Assembly (NCBI GenBank): GCA_964016885.1 | Contig: OZ024740.1 | Location: forward strand, 330,150,001-330,214,000 | Reading direction: 5' to 3' | DNA: 64,000 nt | Source: Eledone cirrhosa | Lineage: Eukaryota | Shown: positions 32,851 through 46,500 of the stretch, piece by piece | How positions within the stretch are numbered: position 1 is the stretch's first letter | Layout: each line of letters opens with the position of its first letter | Position numbers and translations under genes: made by a program | Notes under the pieces: generated by a model | Told to the model about the DNA's origin: nothing | What the model saw: the letters and a program-made list of their open reading frames with translations, nothing else | Databases searched by the model: none

Positions 32851-33489
32851 AAAGGAATTAAATATATATACACACAAGAGGTGAAAGAAAATAGTGAGCA
32901 GTAAAAGTAAGATAATTGATTGAGAATGGAGTTGTGAGGTGTTTAAGGAGAGTTTTAAAAAGGGTTTGTGAAAGTGCCCTCCCGCTGGTTCAATTTCAAT
33001 AGACGACCATTGGTGAATAAAATACTAACGAAATATAATCGCCAGATGCTTTTCAAATTCTTTTCTTATAGCTGAATAAATTATCTTAAATTTATAAACA
33101 AAAACTTCAACAATAAAAATAAATTTGCGATTGTGTCTTAGAGATGGGGGTTAATGAGGTGTAAAATACATGATCTTGATAACACTAAAGAGAAAAATAA
33201 GGGTAGTTTTGGAATATTTGTTGATAGAAATTTATGTTGTTGATGTTGGTTTGGGAGAGGATAATTCTAGCTCACATATTTGCTTCCCTACATATAAACA
33301 TACATGCAACCCATATATGTTCTTGTTCATACATACCCATATATTTACACATGCACATGCACTCACGCATATATACAATTATATATACACCCACACACAC
33401 ACATATATATATATATACATACATATATATATATATATGTGTGTATATATATATATATGTATATATACATATACATATGTATATATATA

Positions 33490-33520
<31 letters not shown>

Positions 33521-33691
33521 GTGTATATATATATATATCTATATATATATACATATGTATATATATGTATATATATATATATACACATATATATATATAT
33601 ATATATACATATATACATACATATATCCATAAACACACACACATATATATATGTATATATATATATGTATATATATGTATATATATATATA

Positions 33692-33726
<35 letters not shown>

Positions 33727-33744
33727 ACATACATATATCCATAA

Positions 33745-33789
<45 letters not shown>

Positions 33790-33842
33790 ATACACACACA
33801 CAAACATATATATATGTACATAAATACACACATATCTACACT

Positions 33843-34005
33843 GGGCTGCGTGTTGTGTTCTTGAGAAAAACACTTCGTTTCACGTTGCTCTAGTATAATC
33901 AGCTGAAAATGAGTACAAGCAATAGCTGGAGGTTTAACCCTGCGATGGACTGGCGTCCTCTCTAGTGGAGAGTCTTGTACTCTCAGTCGCTTCATGCACC
34001 GGCCA
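33843..34005 (+). mobile_element. SINE body (same family as 32692)
   Basis: Shared gggctgcg..gtgttcttg..aaaacacttc..cagctgaaaatgagtac. Confidence 0.7.
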
Positions 34006-34224
34006 AATGAGACTTCTGTCTTAAGACAGACTTTTTTTTTATACATTGGTGGGGGAATTATGGAAATGGTAGTGCACCTCCGTGACTTGTTCTTCTCTTC
34101 AACGATCAATGTTTGAAATTGTGGTTGTGATCCACTTCGATTTGGATATTTTTTTCTTCTTTTTCAATATGCGATTTTTTTCAGAAAAGAGAATCCCATT
34201 ATAGGAAAATGGACTATCATATAC

Positions 34225-34300
34225 TGTGTTGAGTAGCGGTTTGTACTTTCTAATGAAGAATTCTTCTTTATATTTCCGGAAATGTTCGTTGTCCAGATGA
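34225..34300 (-). pseudogene. Tiny PLE EN C-terminal remnant
   Basis: RKYKEEFFIRKYKPLLN matches the R-x3-E-x2-FI-x3-KP-x-LN GIY-YIG end. Confidence 0.55.
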
Positions 34301-34371
34301 GCTCCGGTCGTTTTGACAGGTAGATCCGACCGCTCGGATCTAGCTGGCGAAAGGGCCGGAGCTGTTCGAAG

Positions 34372-34775
34372 CACGATCGATGGTAATCGGACCTGACTCT
34401 GAAAATCGCAAGGTCCTCATATACGTCTTGATTCTATGAAGCAGATTTTCCTATGTCCTTTTACATCGATATCCTTCGCCTGTCGGCTTAGATCATGTTG
34501 TTGTCATTTTATAAGTGGTAAAGAAGTGTACACGTCATCAATATTTCTAACCACTCATGGTTGTCCACTATTTGGTTCTTTTCATTCTCCACCTGTCAAT
34601 CAAATTTGTTTCTTAGATCGGAATTACTACTGTAGAAGGTAAGGGGTGGTATGCTTGAATGGCTGGCGGCCCTTCGACGTCTACACCCGCAACTGTATTG
34701 TATGCGAGGATCACCGTAAATAATGCTTGGAAGGCATTTTTAAAACTAATTAGAAAAATGTTAGAAAAATATTTA
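34372..34775 (-). repeat. Inverted copy of the pLTR of the 36-41 kb PLE
   Basis: Reverse complement of about 40660-41066 and 35785-36192. Confidence 0.85.
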
Positions 34776-34778
34776 GCA

Positions 34779-35670
34779 CTAGCAGTGGTACCCAGCGTTG
34801 CGCGGGATAATGTATTTTGGAACGCGGGCCGCCAACAGGCCTAATCGTGGAAAAACTGCATTCCTGGATAATATGTAATGAAAATAAATCGAATACACTG
34901 ATGGCAGGATAAACTTTAAGATTTTACTCGATGAAGCAGGAAAAATGCAGGTTTTCACCTAGTTCAGGCCCTAGGAGATGTGCATAATATGCCTTGACAT
35001 TTCGGGAAAATCGGCTAGACTTAACGACTCAAAAAAGCCCTAAGAAGCTGAAAAAAATGAAGTGTTTCACCTAATGCGGGCTCTAGGGATCAAAAAGGGG
35101 AATTTTTTATGTGCATAACACTCCCTGTTACTCGATGAATCAGGAAAGATGCAGGTTTTCACATAATGCAGGCCCTAGGGCATGTGCATAATGTGCCTTG
35201 AAATTTCGGGAAAAAGTGCAATTTTTATTGTGCATAACACTCCCTGAAACATAAGTAATACACAGGTAAAGTTTGAAAAAAGTCGGTTGGTTATTTCTCG
35301 AGTATTAGGGATTCAAACTCATTGTCACATACACACACACACACACACACACTCACACACACACACACATACATCCTCAGAGAAGTGACGTAATGCAGAC
35401 AGTCAGGCATACAGACAGATAGAATAAGGGCGTGACGTTATATGTATGTATCTATCTTAAAAGAGAAAGACTAAGAATTACAGAGAGAGATCGCTAAATC
35501 GCCTAATCCGGTCCCTAGGGCATGGACAATTTGAAATTTTCTTTGCTCAGAACACTCCCTGTAACATAGTATTACATGTGTAAAGGTTGAAAAGAGTCGG
35601 GTGTTACTCGAGTTTTAGGGATTCAAACTCACACACACACAGTCAGACATCCAGAGTTTCATATATATAC
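34779..35670 (+). mobile_element. Probable non-autonomous Helitron/Helentron-type element
   Basis: Starts actagcagtggtacccagcgttgcgcggg, has internal tandem sub-repeats and CA/CAGA tracts, ends tttcatatatata. Confidence 0.5.
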
Positions 35671-35784
35671 ATAACGTTTCAAGAACACGGCCCCAGAATA
35701 CATTAAAACATACATATTTCAAAATATGTAGTGTGCCGTGCTGGGTGCCGTGGAAAATGAGAACTTCACGGCGTGTCGGTTATG

Positions 35785-38700
35785 CTATTCTAATATGTTT
35801 CTAATATATTTCTAATTTGTTTTAAAAATTCCCTCCAAGCATTATTTACGCTGATCGTCGCATACAATACATTTGCGGGTGTAGATGTCGTAAGGCCGCC
35901 AGTAGTTCAAGTATACAACCCCTTACCCACTTCAGTAGTATTCTGATCTAAGAAAAAAATTTGGTTGACAGGTGGAGAATGAGAAGAACCAACTATTGGA
36001 CAACCATGAGCGGCTAGAAATATCGATGACGTGTACAATTCTTGACAACTCATAGAATGACAGCATGATCTAAGCCGATAGGCGAAGGATATCGATGTAA
36101 AAGGACATAGGAAAATCTGCTTCGTAGAATCAAGACGTATCTGAGGACCTTGCAATTTTCAGAGTCAGATTCGATCATTACATCGATCGTGCCTAGAGCT
36201 GCTCGACAGAGAAACGATTCCAATATATCCAATAAATTCCATTCGTCGCAACACTGATTCTCTTTTTTGCTGTGATAACATACTATGAGAACATCGAGCT
36301 CTACGGCCTACCGCATACGGACGCTTTACGCATCCAACACCAATTATTTTGCTCCTCCCCAAGTTGAGCGCTTGAAGCGAATTGTCATGGAATGATTCCA
36401 GTACTCTTCCTCATCCTAAGACATCCCGATCCCTTCGGATAACACCAGCCTTCGCCTACTCATCCACCATACCAACTCTTTTGTCAGGCGCATGAGATGG
36501 CGCGCCTTCCACTACGACAACCGGAATATACAACAGACACAGGACGTCACCCGCGACCGCCTTATGATGATTTTCAAATCCAGATGACCCCCCCCCCCCG
36601 CACAAAGGGGCACTGGAAGTGTTTGAAAACCGCCTAGTAAGAATCGTAAGGAACATAAAATTCAACAGGAATGCAGCGCGCGGAAACGAGTAGCTGAAGG
36701 AACTCAGATCCAAGATTAAAAGCATGGAGAGCTGCCCAGACTTACTTGTACCTTCAGATAAGACGGGTAACATTTACAGGATGAACCACAGAACGGAAAA
36801 TGCATTGAGAAAGAGATTAGGAAGATTTACAGGGTTACGGGACAGGACAACCTTGACAGAATCAACAACACGACCAAAACATTAAAGATGGGACTAAAAG
36901 TAGCAGACATGACAGAACAGTACGTACCTAGAAAACCGCGGATTTCTATCAAGCATCATAAATTAGACTTTAAGACTAACCTCCTGGTTAGACTAATAGC
37001 ACCCGCCAAGTCAGACCTAGGTAGGGCCAGCAAGAATTAATAGATATGATCCTGCCCACGCTTATGAATAGAAATAGACTTAGCTTATGGACTTCCACTA
37101 AGATGGCAATCGACTGGTTTACAGCGCTGCCCACCAAGCAGCAAGTGGGCTTCGTGCAGCTGGACATAGCAAATTACTACGCTTCCATCTCACCAGTAAT
37201 TGTAAACAAGTCCTCATGAGCGCTATGGCCAGGACCCAACCTAACTAGAGGAGAAGTGGACATCATTATAGCTGCTAGAAAGACGCTCATTAGGTTTGAC
37301 GGTAGACTATGGGAAAGGAGGGACAGAACCGACAGTTTTGACATCGCCATGGGCGCGAGCGACTCCGCACAGGTGACGGACAAGGTCGGAATTTATCTAA
37401 TCCATAAGTTAACAGAGGAGATTCCAGGGATAGGCGGGAGGATATATAGAGACGACGCCCTATTTACGTTCGACTCACTAAACTCTATCCAGCTGGAGCG
37501 CATGCGGAAGCGCATCTCATATTTCTTTAAGCAACACGGCTTATCCGTGCTAATAGAAAATAGCACTAAGACAGTAAACTTCCTAAACGTATCCTTAGAA
37601 CTGGATACATGCTTATACCGACCATATCACAAGTCCAACGAGAACCTGCAGTACGTAAACAGGCACTCAAACCACCCAAGTCGGTTATAGACGATATAGT
37701 AAAGTGGGTATCCACCCACGTATCCACATTATCCGCCAACGCGGATGTGTTCAATCAGCACGCCGACTATTACAACGAGGCAGTGGACGGGGCCGGTTAC
37801 ACAGAAGCCATAGTGTACACCCCGGACAAGCGCAGGCCGCATAGCGAGGAACGCAAACACCCGAATACCATTAATAATAACATAGGCAGACAATCTACCC
37901 GTAAGCACACACATAACGGTATAGATAGGAGTATTACACACGACATTGATGGCAGCACGTTACATAGACAAATGAGGGCGCACGGGAACCCTAGGGAACC
38001 CAGCACAACGGACTGAACTGTAGTAACAGCACAGACGAGGACGGGGAAACCAAATATAGATAACGCAGCACGGAACTTTGAACACGATAGGGATAACACC
38101 AAGATTAAGAATACCAACAATGATACGGCAGGATACTCGGGTAGCAGGACAGAGACGAGAACTAGGGCTAGTAAACGTGTCCAGAACCATATAGTGAGTG
38201 AATGCATTTCCACACACTTAAGTAATAGTTCTAAGCATAGGGATAGAATAGGGGTTCAAATAGGAGTAGGGCGTACGCCGAGAGAACAAGATGACAATGC
38301 ACATACTACTAGTAGCAGACGACGAAATAGAAACAGATCTAGAAACATAACATTGTTCAATGCACCATACTCGAAGCATGTTCGCACTAACGTGCCAGGT
38401 CTCTTCTTCAGGGCATTGGACGAGTGTTACCGACTTCAGACAAGTACCACAAAATATTCAACCGACACACCGTAAAGTTCTCATTTTCCACGGCATTCAA
38501 CATGGCAGACTACATGGCCAAGGCCAACGCGTTGGAATTGAGGACACCCTACCGACAAACAGATCAGGCCCCAGACATGCCGGGGGGGGGGGGCTGAGAG
38601 GAGCGCACGGGGAAGTTGCTAGTTGTTCTGGAGATGTGCCTGGGGGCGGAGCTGTGGCCGTGGAAGACCCCACACCTGCCAACAGAGACCAGCTGGTAGT

Positions 38701-41224
38701 GAACACTGAGTCCACCACTGTGCCGGAGCACCACTTGAGGACTGGGGAGAAGCCAAATAAGACGCCAGGCCCACATAAGAGGAATTACAAAAATGATGTA
38801 CGGACCTGTAATTGCCGTATTGGAGAGGAGTGCCTTCTGCGAGGAATGTGCCTGACTAAGGGCGTTGTCTACAGATGTGTGGTTACCACGCACAATGATA
38901 GGCACACATACATCGGAGTTACATCCACGACTTTTAAATCGAGGATGTACAACAACTAGAACTCGTCCAAGTAAAGGAACAAGAGACACTCCACCAGACT
39001 GGCGGACTTAGTATGGGGACTCAAAGACCGTGGCATAGAGTTTAACCTCAGCTGGAGTGTTGTACAGCGTGTGAATGCGTACTCGGCCGGGGAGAAGAAG
39101 TGCAAGTTATGCCTGTCCGAGTCAATGGAGGTAGTAAAACTTAAGGGCGACGCAGTCAACCTCAAATCTGAAATCATCATGGCCTGCAGACACCAACGTA
39201 AATGCACGCTCTCCGCTTTAGTGATACTGGATGGATCTACCTAAGGCACTACCGCCATCACAACACCAGGTGGGGTGCATGAAGCAGACCACGATATATA
39301 ACACAGCATATCTATGAATGAATGTCGGAACAAGCTGATATCAACGACAGAACCAGCGATGACTACCTCGTAACGTACCCTGGATAGCACCACCACACTA
39401 ATTTGCGGACGCCGACTAAATATAAGTCTGATTTGGTCTACACACCTATGTGAGCTTTTAAATTTCCAAATTTTTTAATTTCCAATTTTTGATTTTCGAT
39501 CTTCGATTTTTTGGTGTTTAATTTGCTACGTAGATGCCGGACCTGGTGCTGGTCTTAATGTTAATGTCGCAGTTAATATTTAACTTTGCCTGCCGTTAAT
39601 ATATACACGCCTACAATACAAGCCGCTGGCACATTCCAATCATGCATACATTCCACGTACATTTCATATATACTGTTATGAAACACACACCCTATATATT
39701 ACATGTATACATTCACTACATGTACATCTCATATATACTATTATGAAATGGATGTTATGCACATCCACAATATATATAACTTGTTTGTGTACGCACGCAA
39801 GTTCCCCATGTGACCACCAGCCATGAGACCTGCATCATGTGCATGCTCTTATACAGTCCCTTAGATCACTAGTCCCCATGTATATTATATAACCATATGC
39901 ACCACAGCCCTCAAGGATTTTATGCAACTTTATGCAAACCCCAATAATGTCCGGACCACTCTGCATCCTTGTCATGTATACACTCCTTTTTCCAGTATTT
40001 TATTTTATTTTATTTCATTTTATATTAGATTATTTTATATTATTTTATTTCATGTATATACAGACATTTTTTATATATATGTGCCACCCTAGTTATATGT
40101 GATTAGTGCAAGGATACTATGCGGCTATAGCATTTATGCATATTGTATATGCACTTTCGGGCTTATATCGCCACATGATCGGATTGGGTCCAACCCTCGA
40201 GAACGTTGACCGATATAATACTATGTGCACCATGTGCACAGATGCGCGTGTGTGTACGGATGGGAGGGTATTAATCAAGTATGCGCCCTCGATATGAACA
40301 TACGTGGGTACATGTATGTATGTGCGTCCATGCATATATGCATACGCACGTGTGCGCACATGTCTGGGTGGATGTCTGGTGTATGAACATATCTGTGTGA
40401 GGGTATGAATTCCTATGTGTAGATCTTTCTTTTTTTCATCTGTGTATATATGTGGAGTGTCTCAAATATTCACGCTTCCCTGAGTACACTGTGTAAGTGT
40501 AGATATGTGTATATTTATAAAATTACCTTCGAAATAACTTTTTATGAAAGGCTGTTCCAAGCATTCATTTTAAAATGTTCTTCGTACAGAGTTTTCTTTT
40601 TAAAGTATGTATGTTTTAAGGTATTCTGAGGCCGTGTTCTTGAAACGAAAGGCTAAATATTTTTCTAATATTTTTCTAATATTTTTCTAATTTGTTTTAA
40701 TAATTCCCGCCAAGCATTATTTATGGTCATCGTCGCATACAATACAGTTGCGGGTGTAGACGTCGAAGGGCCGCCAGCCATTCAAGCATACAACCCCTTA
40801 CCTACTACAGTGGTAATTCCGATCTAAGCAACAAATTTGATTGACAGGTGGAGAATGAAAAGAACCAAATAGTGGATAACCTTGAGTTGCTCGAAATATC
40901 GATGACGTGTACAATTCTTGACAACTCATAGAACGATAACAACATGATCTAAGCCGACAGGCGAAGGATATCGATGTAAAAGGACATTAGGAACATCTGC
41001 ATCGTAGAATCAAGATGCATCTGAGGACCTTGCGATTCTCAGGTTCGATCATCACATCGATCGTGCCTCGAGCTGGTCGCCAGAGAAACGATTGTAATAT
41101 GTCCAATAAATTCCATTCGTCGCAACACTGATTCTCTTTTTACTGTGATATCATACTCTGCTCTGTGAGAGCATCGAGTGGTCAAACGGCATACCTCATA
41201 CGGAGGCTTTCAGCATCCAACACC

Positions 41225-41228
<4 letters not shown>
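35785..41228 (+). mobile_element. Near full-length pseudogenised PLE bounded by direct pLTRs (35785-36345 and 40660-41228)
   Basis: Direct repeats of about 560 bp around the RT-EN pseudogene. Confidence 0.85.
36560..39243 (+). pseudogene. PLE RT + GIY-YIG EN with several stops and frameshifts
   Basis: PSDKTGNIY, FDIAMGASDSA, IYRDD, SNHP, FNAPYS, CNCR...C..GVVY...YIG, CKLC. Confidence 0.92.
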
Positions 41229-41263
<35 letters not shown>

Positions 41264-41268
41264 AGTTC

Positions 41269-41525
41269 GCTTCAAGCATAGCTTTATACAATTTGTATAA
41301 ATATTTCGTACCTCCAAAGAAATACGGTTTTAGGAAGCCGTAGCTATGCAAACCATGGGGGCCTGACGCCCCCAGAAATTCATAGACAGTTGTCATCCTT
41401 GCTTCTGCTGGACTTCACCAGATGGCGTTAGCCCCCCGGTGTTTGCATAGCTACGGCTTCCTAAAACTGTATTTCTTTGGATGTACGAAATATTTATACA
41501 AATGTTATAAAGCTATGCTTGAAGC
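41269..41525. repeat. Fold-back inverted repeat (about 100-bp arms)
   Basis: e.g. ttttaggaagccgtagctatgcaaac / gtttgcatagctacggcttcctaaaa. Confidence 0.9.
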
Positions 41526-41543
41526 AAAATGCTATTTTATTTT

Positions 41544-42056
41544 CAGTACGAAACAGAGCTCTGTCAGCTTTATCTCCCTGTTTGCTGAAAATTTAAAGTA
41601 AGTGAGACTGTCACTACTCTAAAACAATAGCTAAGGTCTTCGAAATGCTTTTAATTAAGCATACAGTGTATTGCAAAATACACTATATATACATTCATAT
41701 ATATATCGCTATTTCAGAGCACCAATTCTAATTTTCAATTTCTACTTGACCGGCAACTGCTCTGGATAATCAGTTCCTGATTAATACTAGAATTCTATAA
41801 GAATCAAACATTCATGATTTTCAGCAAACAGGTGGAGTACTTGACTTTGATAAGTAACAATCAGTACGAAGAAGACCTCTGTCAGATTTATCTCCCCTGT
41901 TTGCTGAAAATGTAAAGTAAGTGAGACTGTCACTACTCTAAAAAAATAGCGTAAGGTCTTCGAAATGATTTTAATTAAGCATACAGTGTATTGCAAAATA
42001 CCCTATATATACATTGATATATATATCGCTATTTCAGAGCACAAATTCCAATTTTT
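41544..42056 (+). mobile_element. About 1.6 tandem copies of the 318-nt HHR repeat
   Basis: cagtacgaa at 41544 and 41862; TTGATAA at 41847; GAAA-cagagctctg-TC-agct at 41550. Confidence 0.8.
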
Positions 42057-42095
<39 letters not shown>

Positions 42096-42115
42096 AATCT
42101 GAGTTTTTCGAATAG

Positions 42116-42311
42116 TAATAAAACATTCGATTCGTTTGCAATTATGCAAACAAGCCTCAATTTTATAGTCATGTCATTAGAATGAACACTTCATTCTTGC
42201 TCTTGTCTTCGCCTGCCAACACAAGAGCAAGAATGAAGTGTTCATTCTACTGACATGGTTATAAAGTTGAGGCTTGTTTGCATAATTGCAAACGAATCGA
42301 ATGTTATTATT
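42116..42311. repeat. Near-perfect fold-back (about 92-bp arms)
   Basis: cattcgattcgtttgcaattatgcaaacaagcctcaa and its reverse complement. Confidence 0.92.
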
Positions 42312-42320
42312 AATATTCGA

Positions 42321-42528
42321 AGAGCGGTGGATTGGCAGTATCGGTAGAGGGTCGGACGTCATGCTTTGCAGCATAGTTACGTCCCTTTACGGACTGAGTT
42401 CAAATCCCGCCGAGGTTAATTTTGCCTTTCATCATTACGGGGTCGATAAAAAACCGTACCAGTAATACCAGTAATAAAGTACCAGTAATAAAATAATATT
42501 TGCTGGCCTTGTGCCAAAAGTAGAAACA
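42321..42528 (+). mobile_element. tRNA-derived SINE with 15-bp TSD
   Basis: TSD attattaatattcga at 42306-42320 and 42529-42543; B box gagttcaaatcc. Confidence 0.85.
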
Positions 42529-42595
42529 ATTATTAATATTCGAGAGACTCTGATTACATCTTTTGTATTCAGTCATGTAGAGCAACATTTTCTTT

Positions 42596-42629
<34 letters not shown>

Positions 42630-43108
42630 GTTTCAACATCAGGTTAGAGTTTGGAGCTATCTTTAGAAATAACAACGGTTGAACCCTCGGGTCCGAACTC
42701 TTTATACTATAGTCATACTCTACTACATAAGTACCACGTACCTTGTTGAATAATGGTCTAACTGGTTTTAAACTGTTTCTATACTGATTTATATATATAT
42801 ATAATTCTTCATAGCAGATAAACTATTATGATACAGGGCAGTGGAGAGATATGCATTATGTCTCTGTTGCTTAAACATATTTGTATTTCTTAACGTTTCA
42901 CAATAACACTGCAATTCATATTGCAAACATACCATTGGAAATAATTTCTTACTGTAATTGTATCTATACTTTCATTTGAATCTCATATATTTGCATCGAA
43001 AACTATTATATATCCTTACAGTAACGTTTTAAGAATACGTGACATGTTTATGTTATTACTCATTTCGTTCCACTTGTGTGTGAGTGTTTTTGCACACATG
43101 GACACCGA

Positions 43109-43201
<93 letters not shown>

Positions 43202-43247
43202 TAAAGTTATATAAAAGTCAAATGATTAACATTTAGCTTCGTTTATT

Positions 43248-43302
43248 ACTGCTATATATATTTCAGTGACAGCCATCTTTGGCTGTGACCTCTTCAGGCA
43301 GT
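43248..43302 (-). ncRNA. Intact type I hammerhead ribozyme
   Basis: actgc-CTGAAGA-ggtcacagcca/aaga/tggctgtcact-GAAA-tatata-TA-gcagt. Confidence 0.88.
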
Positions 43303-43477
43303 TTGAATTAGTACTACTCCAGAGTAACCAAACCAACCTGCGCACTTCGTCGAGTGCTCCAGCCTGCATACTGAGGTGTTGGTATACAACCAACATAAAC
43401 TCAAAATCTATATATATAATTATATATATATGTAGGTATGTATATAATGATTATATATAATGATTATGTATATATAT

Positions 43478-43528
<51 letters not shown>

Positions 43529-46500
43529 GGTATATATATATATATATGTAGGTATATATATATAATAATTTCAAATTTCATATAGATATTCATTATATCT
43601 ATGGTGTTGGTTTTTATATATGGCTTCCATCACGCTGCAAATGCTACATGAATTTATCACACAACATCTTAAGTAATTAGGTTGTTACTTACCACTTATA
43701 ATGCAATCTCCTTGCCGATAACTTGAATTGAATTAGATTTATATTTTGAAGGAAATAATGGCTTGATTGAGTTTTCAGTTAAGGACAGCCTGTTTGAGAC
43801 CCAGCCGTAGACTACAGGGAAGAATGTTGGATAATATCTATGAGCTAGGTTAATATGGCTTGTGGATTCACCGGATCTTTTGGAGTCGGTCTTTTCTATT
43901 AAGTCTCTCTTGACGGCGTATGTTAAAAATGTTCGCCAATGACATTCCGAGGAATAATTAGAATAATTAGAAAAGCAGATCACACATACACATAGAACCA
44001 CATATATATATAGAGAGAGAGCATGCTCTATTGTTATTGTTACTTGGTTTTCATTTTTGTACATCACCCACCACATTACATTCAAATATGACCAAACTGC
44101 GATTTGATCCCTCACGTTCACTTCAAATGCTAGCGCACTTCATAAGCATAGCTAAAGCTGCATATAAAAGACTAGTTCTCTTTAATTATGTCTCCCCTTA
44201 ACAACTTCTGATACTTTAACAATCTGAGGTAAATACCACAAAGTGGTACGATTCCCATGTTTTGATCAGTGCGACTCCCTCACACAAAAATATATTAGAC
44301 TGCATTAAGAAGACGTTCAATCGTTAGATTATCAAATATCCAATGGCAGTATTTCCCGCGACAAACACGTCTTTTCACCTCTCTGTAATCTGAACGTTTA
44401 CTGAAAATTCTCCGACACCTCAGGCACGATTTACCCCATCAGGCCCACTTCATTCGTCTCTCCTCCTCGAATCCTATATGCAGTAAAGAAACTTTCCAGG
44501 TTCTACACGGTACATTTTACTAAATGTTTCTTCTGAAGAACACCATCCTTTTGGAATTGTCTATGTGTGGCTCTTTCATGCACGAGTCAACCTGCAAGAA
44601 ATGAAATTGAACATGAGCATAATCAATCTCATCTTATCGGCCTCGTAGTGTCTACTCATATCAGAAAAAGCGATTTAATCCAAATCTAGTTCCTTACCAC
44701 ATACACATTAAGACGATTAGTAACTATTGAAATTTATGCAATATATATATTTATATATATTGTATATGAAGAAGTGCAGCTGAGTAATTGATGTATTTGG
44801 CTGAAGTTTGGATGGGATCAATGGCTTGTTACGTAATAAGATTAAGAGACAGGTATACGTGCAAACAAGTATTTAGTTATATTTATTTGTTTATTTATTT
44901 TATATATGTACACATCTAGTTAGCCATGTCAGAAATGAATTGGTAGTTAATACCCCTTACATTTAAGAAGCAACTATAAGAGTTGGATAGAGAAAAAAAA
45001 AAGAAGAGAGTGGACAACAAGGAAAAAGCAACATACAGACGGAAAACACGTATGTAAATTGCCCTTCGTTGAATAATTTCGCACACTGAATGGAATATAT
45101 AGTATGGTTCCTAGATATTTGATAATATATTGCACCTCGAAAATTGATAATGTTTTTAAAGAGAATCTTCAGGTTGTTTACTCTGTCAGACTGCTAGTTC
45201 TTTACATTGGAACACGTAATTTCACCAAGAAAACAGATATGATTTTATACTACCCGTTTGTGGGAAATATAGTACATGGTCCATGCGATGAGAATATATT
45301 ATTTGCTTATTTCTATTATTCAGTATCTGATACGTTTTAGAAGTTGAAAGATCTAGATTAATCAATGGAAAACTGAAATTTGGGAGCTCATCACTAGTTT
45401 CTTCACCCAATGTTTCCCACACAAGACTAATTACAGTTATGCCGAGTGATTTAACTTGTGAGAGATTTGACATGTAATTTCTCTCTATTATCTCCTTTTG
45501 CGAATTCATCTGAGCTCCTATTCCCTAAAACTTCTGTATGGACTGGTATCCAAATCGTAGTAATTTGTTTACAATTTTCCATTACGTATGTTTGATTATG
45601 CGTCTGAATGTGGGGTTTTGTGTGTGCCTGTAGAATGTGGCGTGTACCTGTGGTGACTACTTACCTTTAAGTGCGTCAGTGTGGTTGTATGTATATCTCG
45701 GACTGTATTTTGGGTGTTTTTTTAAGTGCTAATAATAGAACATTTTACAATTTAGATATCGTTTTATTAACATTCATTTAGCATTCATTTCACGTTTTAG
45801 TTAATAGAGTAGTGAAAACATCAGCGCTTTTCGACTCGGTGGTTATCCTTAAAACAATGTCGAATTTAGTATTGTTTCACATTTAGGATTTTAATGAGCA
45901 TTTAATATTACATTTAGTAGGACATTTTCCCCTCACTGCTGACGGGATGAATATTGTTTCAATTAATTATGTTAGATTTCTTATTTTAACTGATTATATT
46001 TACTAGGTATCATATCAGTTGGAGCAGTTTGAACTTCTCGACACTAAGGCAGATAGAACGACCTAAATTTGATGTAAAAGTCCTTCCCATCTATCCAATC
46101 TTAAGATAAATAATAAAGATACTCTAGTTGAATTTATAGCTAGGAATGTCATAGAATGTCATTAAAATTCATTACTCTTAATGATTGAACCAAAAACGCT
46201 GAAACTGCAATTAACTTTGAAATTCTTAGGGAAATAACATCTGATTGTTTTTAAGATATTAGAATATCCAAAATTTGCAAAGTAAATAGCTTAGACATTA
46301 GATTTCGTTGAAATCTGTCGTCAGAATAATGCAGAGGCTTAAGGACATACACCAGTGAATAGTGTGAAGCTCTATACCAACATAAATATATCTAATGCAG
46401 CGTACACTGAAAATGCGTAACAAAATGAATTTGCGGATATAAAGTAAAAGGATGAATAAAAATAAACAATACTCCAGCTAACGGCTATGGAAAATATTAA

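Noticed and set aside
34860-35640. Repeated 30-60 bp motifs resembling a CRISPR array
   Set aside because: Eukaryotic context, irregular diverged repeats and no unique spacers; internal repeats of a non-autonomous element
42255-42311. HHR-like arrangement TTGAGGC..gtttgca/tgcaaac-GAAT (similarly 42628-42645 and 47795-47815)
   Set aside because: Too many core deviations or missing stems
44340-44610. Possible host exon on minus after tttcatttcttgcag
   Set aside because: All three frames stop within about 25 codons; no recognisable protein or partner exon
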